Assembly (NCBI GenBank): GCA_033763845.1
Contig: JANRJR010000016.1
Coordinates: forward strand, 7,568 to 71,567
Direction: 5' to 3'
Length of the DNA: 64,000 nucleotides
Source: Gammaproteobacteria bacterium
Lineage (GTDB): Bacteria; Pseudomonadota; Gammaproteobacteria; DASZBR01
This document shows positions 62,916 through 64,000 of the stretch, in pieces. The notes beneath the pieces were generated by a model. The model saw only the letters and a list, made by a program, of their open reading frames with translations, searched no databases and was not told where the DNA came from. The position numbers and the translations under genes were made by a program. How positions within the stretch are numbered: the stretch's first letter is position 1; each line of letters starts with the position of its first letter.

Positions 62916-63533
62916 ATGGCGAAGCGCAGTACAAAAGGGAAAAAAACAAACTCAAAAAAAACGTTTCCCGTGAAGCGAAGCAAACCTGTCACCAAGAAAA
63001 AAACGCCTGCCAAAAAGCCAGTGTCTCAACCTAAAAAGAAGAAATCCCTTAAGAAAATATCGACAAAAGCCACAAAAGCAAGTCTTTCTGAAAAAGCCAA
63101 AAAGCTAAAACAACTTCCATCGCCTTTTGTCAGCCATGTTAAGCCCTATCAAGCAGGTAAAAACGAAGAATACATGAACAATGCTCAGTGTGAGCATTTT
63201 AGAAAAATGTTATTATCCTGGAAACGTCAATTATTGCATGAAATGGAAAGAACTGTGCACCATATGCAGGATGATGCAGCGAATTTTCCCGATCCGAATG
63301 ACAGAGCTACACAAGAAGAAGAGTTCAGTTTGGAGTTGCGCGCGCGTGATCGTGAGCGTAAATTAATTAAGAAAATCGATGAGACAATTTCTCGAATCGA
63401 TAACAATGATTACGGTTACTGTGATGCCTGTGGTGTGGAAATTGGCATTAGCCGATTGGAAGCGCGTCCTACTGCAACTTTATGTATTGATTGTAAAACC
63501 ATTGATGAAATTCGTGAGAAGCACTACAGCTAA
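62916..63533 (+). CDS. dksA: RNA polymerase-binding transcription factor DksA with Lys-rich N-terminal extension
   Basis: C-terminal DksA core colinear with E. coli (PYQ....EEYMN.AQ..HFR..L..W...L......V.HMQDDAANFPDP.DRA.QEEEFSLELR.RDRERKLIKKI; C4 zinc finger CDACGVEIGISRLEARPTATLCIDC). Preceded by an extension of about 55 aa (KKTNSKKTFPVKRSKPVTKKKTPAKKPVSQPKKKKSLKK). Confidence 0.85.
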   Translation: MAKRSTKGKKTNSKKTFPVKRSKPVTKKKTPAKKPVSQPKKKKSLKKISTKATKASLSEKAKKLKQLPSPFVSHVKPYQAGKNEEYMNNAQCEHFRKMLLSWKRQLLHEMERTVHHMQDDAANFPDPNDRATQEEEFSLELRARDRERKLIKKIDETISRIDNNDYGYCDACGVEIGISRLEARPTATLCIDCKTIDEIREKHYS

Positions 63534-63547
63534 ACGAGGAGTTTAAG

Positions 63548-64000
63548 ATGGTTCATGGTCTTCTGCATTTTTCTTTCTGGGGCATGGTCCTCTACACACT
63601 CATTTTGACCCAAATCACGGTCATTAGTGTGACCATTTATCTTCATCGGTGCCAAGCGCATCGCGCGTTAGAACTACACCCTGCCATTAGTCATTTTTTC
63701 CGTTTTTGGCTGTGGTTAACCACAGGGATGACAACGAAAGCGTGGACTGCAATACATCGCAAACATCACGCTAAATGTGAAACGGCAGAAGACCCACATA
63801 GCCCCGTATTATTAGGTTTAAAAACAGTATTGTTGAGTGGCGCTGAGCTTTATCGTAAAGAAAAGCGCAATCAAGAAACGTTGGTGCGTTATGGTCAGGG
63901 TACACCCGAAGATTGGATCGAAAAAAATATTTATGAAAAACATAGCGTGATGGGTGTTGTGATCATGTTATTGACTAATGTGATGTTGTTTGGATTCCCG
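63548..64000 (+). CDS. membrane fatty-acid desaturase family protein (partial, runs off window end)
   Basis: TM helices plus His boxes HRCQAH and HRKHH typical of integral-membrane desaturases. 3' end truncated by the window. Confidence 0.55.
   Translation, partial: MVHGLLHFSFWGMVLYTLILTQITVISVTIYLHRCQAHRALELHPAISHFFRFWLWLTTGMTTKAWTAIHRKHHAKCETAEDPHSPVLLGLKTVLLSGAELYRKEKRNQETLVRYGQGTPEDWIEKNIYEKHSVMGVVIMLLTNVMLFGFP

Overview
This 64 kb window is a chromosomal segment from an AT-rich gammaproteobacterium (about 38-40% GC). Gene content points to Legionellales, probably a Coxiellaceae-like intracellular bacterium. Both ends carry conserved housekeeping genes: mutL-miaA-dsbB-ruvX-yqgE at the left, and the replication-origin cluster dnaA-dnaN-recF-gyrB (minus strand) with metK-ahcY-recJ and gap-hemA-prfA-prmC-dksA at the right. 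Perfect and near-perfect DnaA boxes sit in the dnaA upstream region. Between rsmG-parA-parB-hemJ and rsmD/ftsY lies a Dot/Icm type IVB secretion 'region I'-like module: icmX-like / orphan secreted ORF / icmW on the minus strand, divergent from dotA-paralog-1, icmV, dotA-paralog-2 on the plus strand, then a Sel1-repeat gene, then dotD-dotC-dotB converging. The two tandem DotA-like polytopic membrane proteins are about 75% identical in the N-terminal region aligned by eye and are judged similar across the C-terminal TM cluster. Their central domains diverge and their C-terminal low-complexity tails are oppositely charged. Other accessory content is a 3552-aa giant ORF with an N-terminal Rab-like pseudo-GTPase domain and a divergent RasGEF-like (Cdc25-like) region, likely a eukaryote-mimicking effector. 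Also present are a degenerate pilM/N-pilO-pilP-pilQ cluster divergent from mrcA, an LPS-core cluster (SDR, waaG-like, GT39-like), two tandem His/Lys-rich small secreted proteins, a tandem pair of coiled-coil plus TM paralogs, and a DksA with a histone-like Lys-rich N-terminal extension. No rRNA, tRNA, CRISPR array, IS element or integrase was seen. All family assignments rest on motif recognition and recalled homolog sequences, not database searches.
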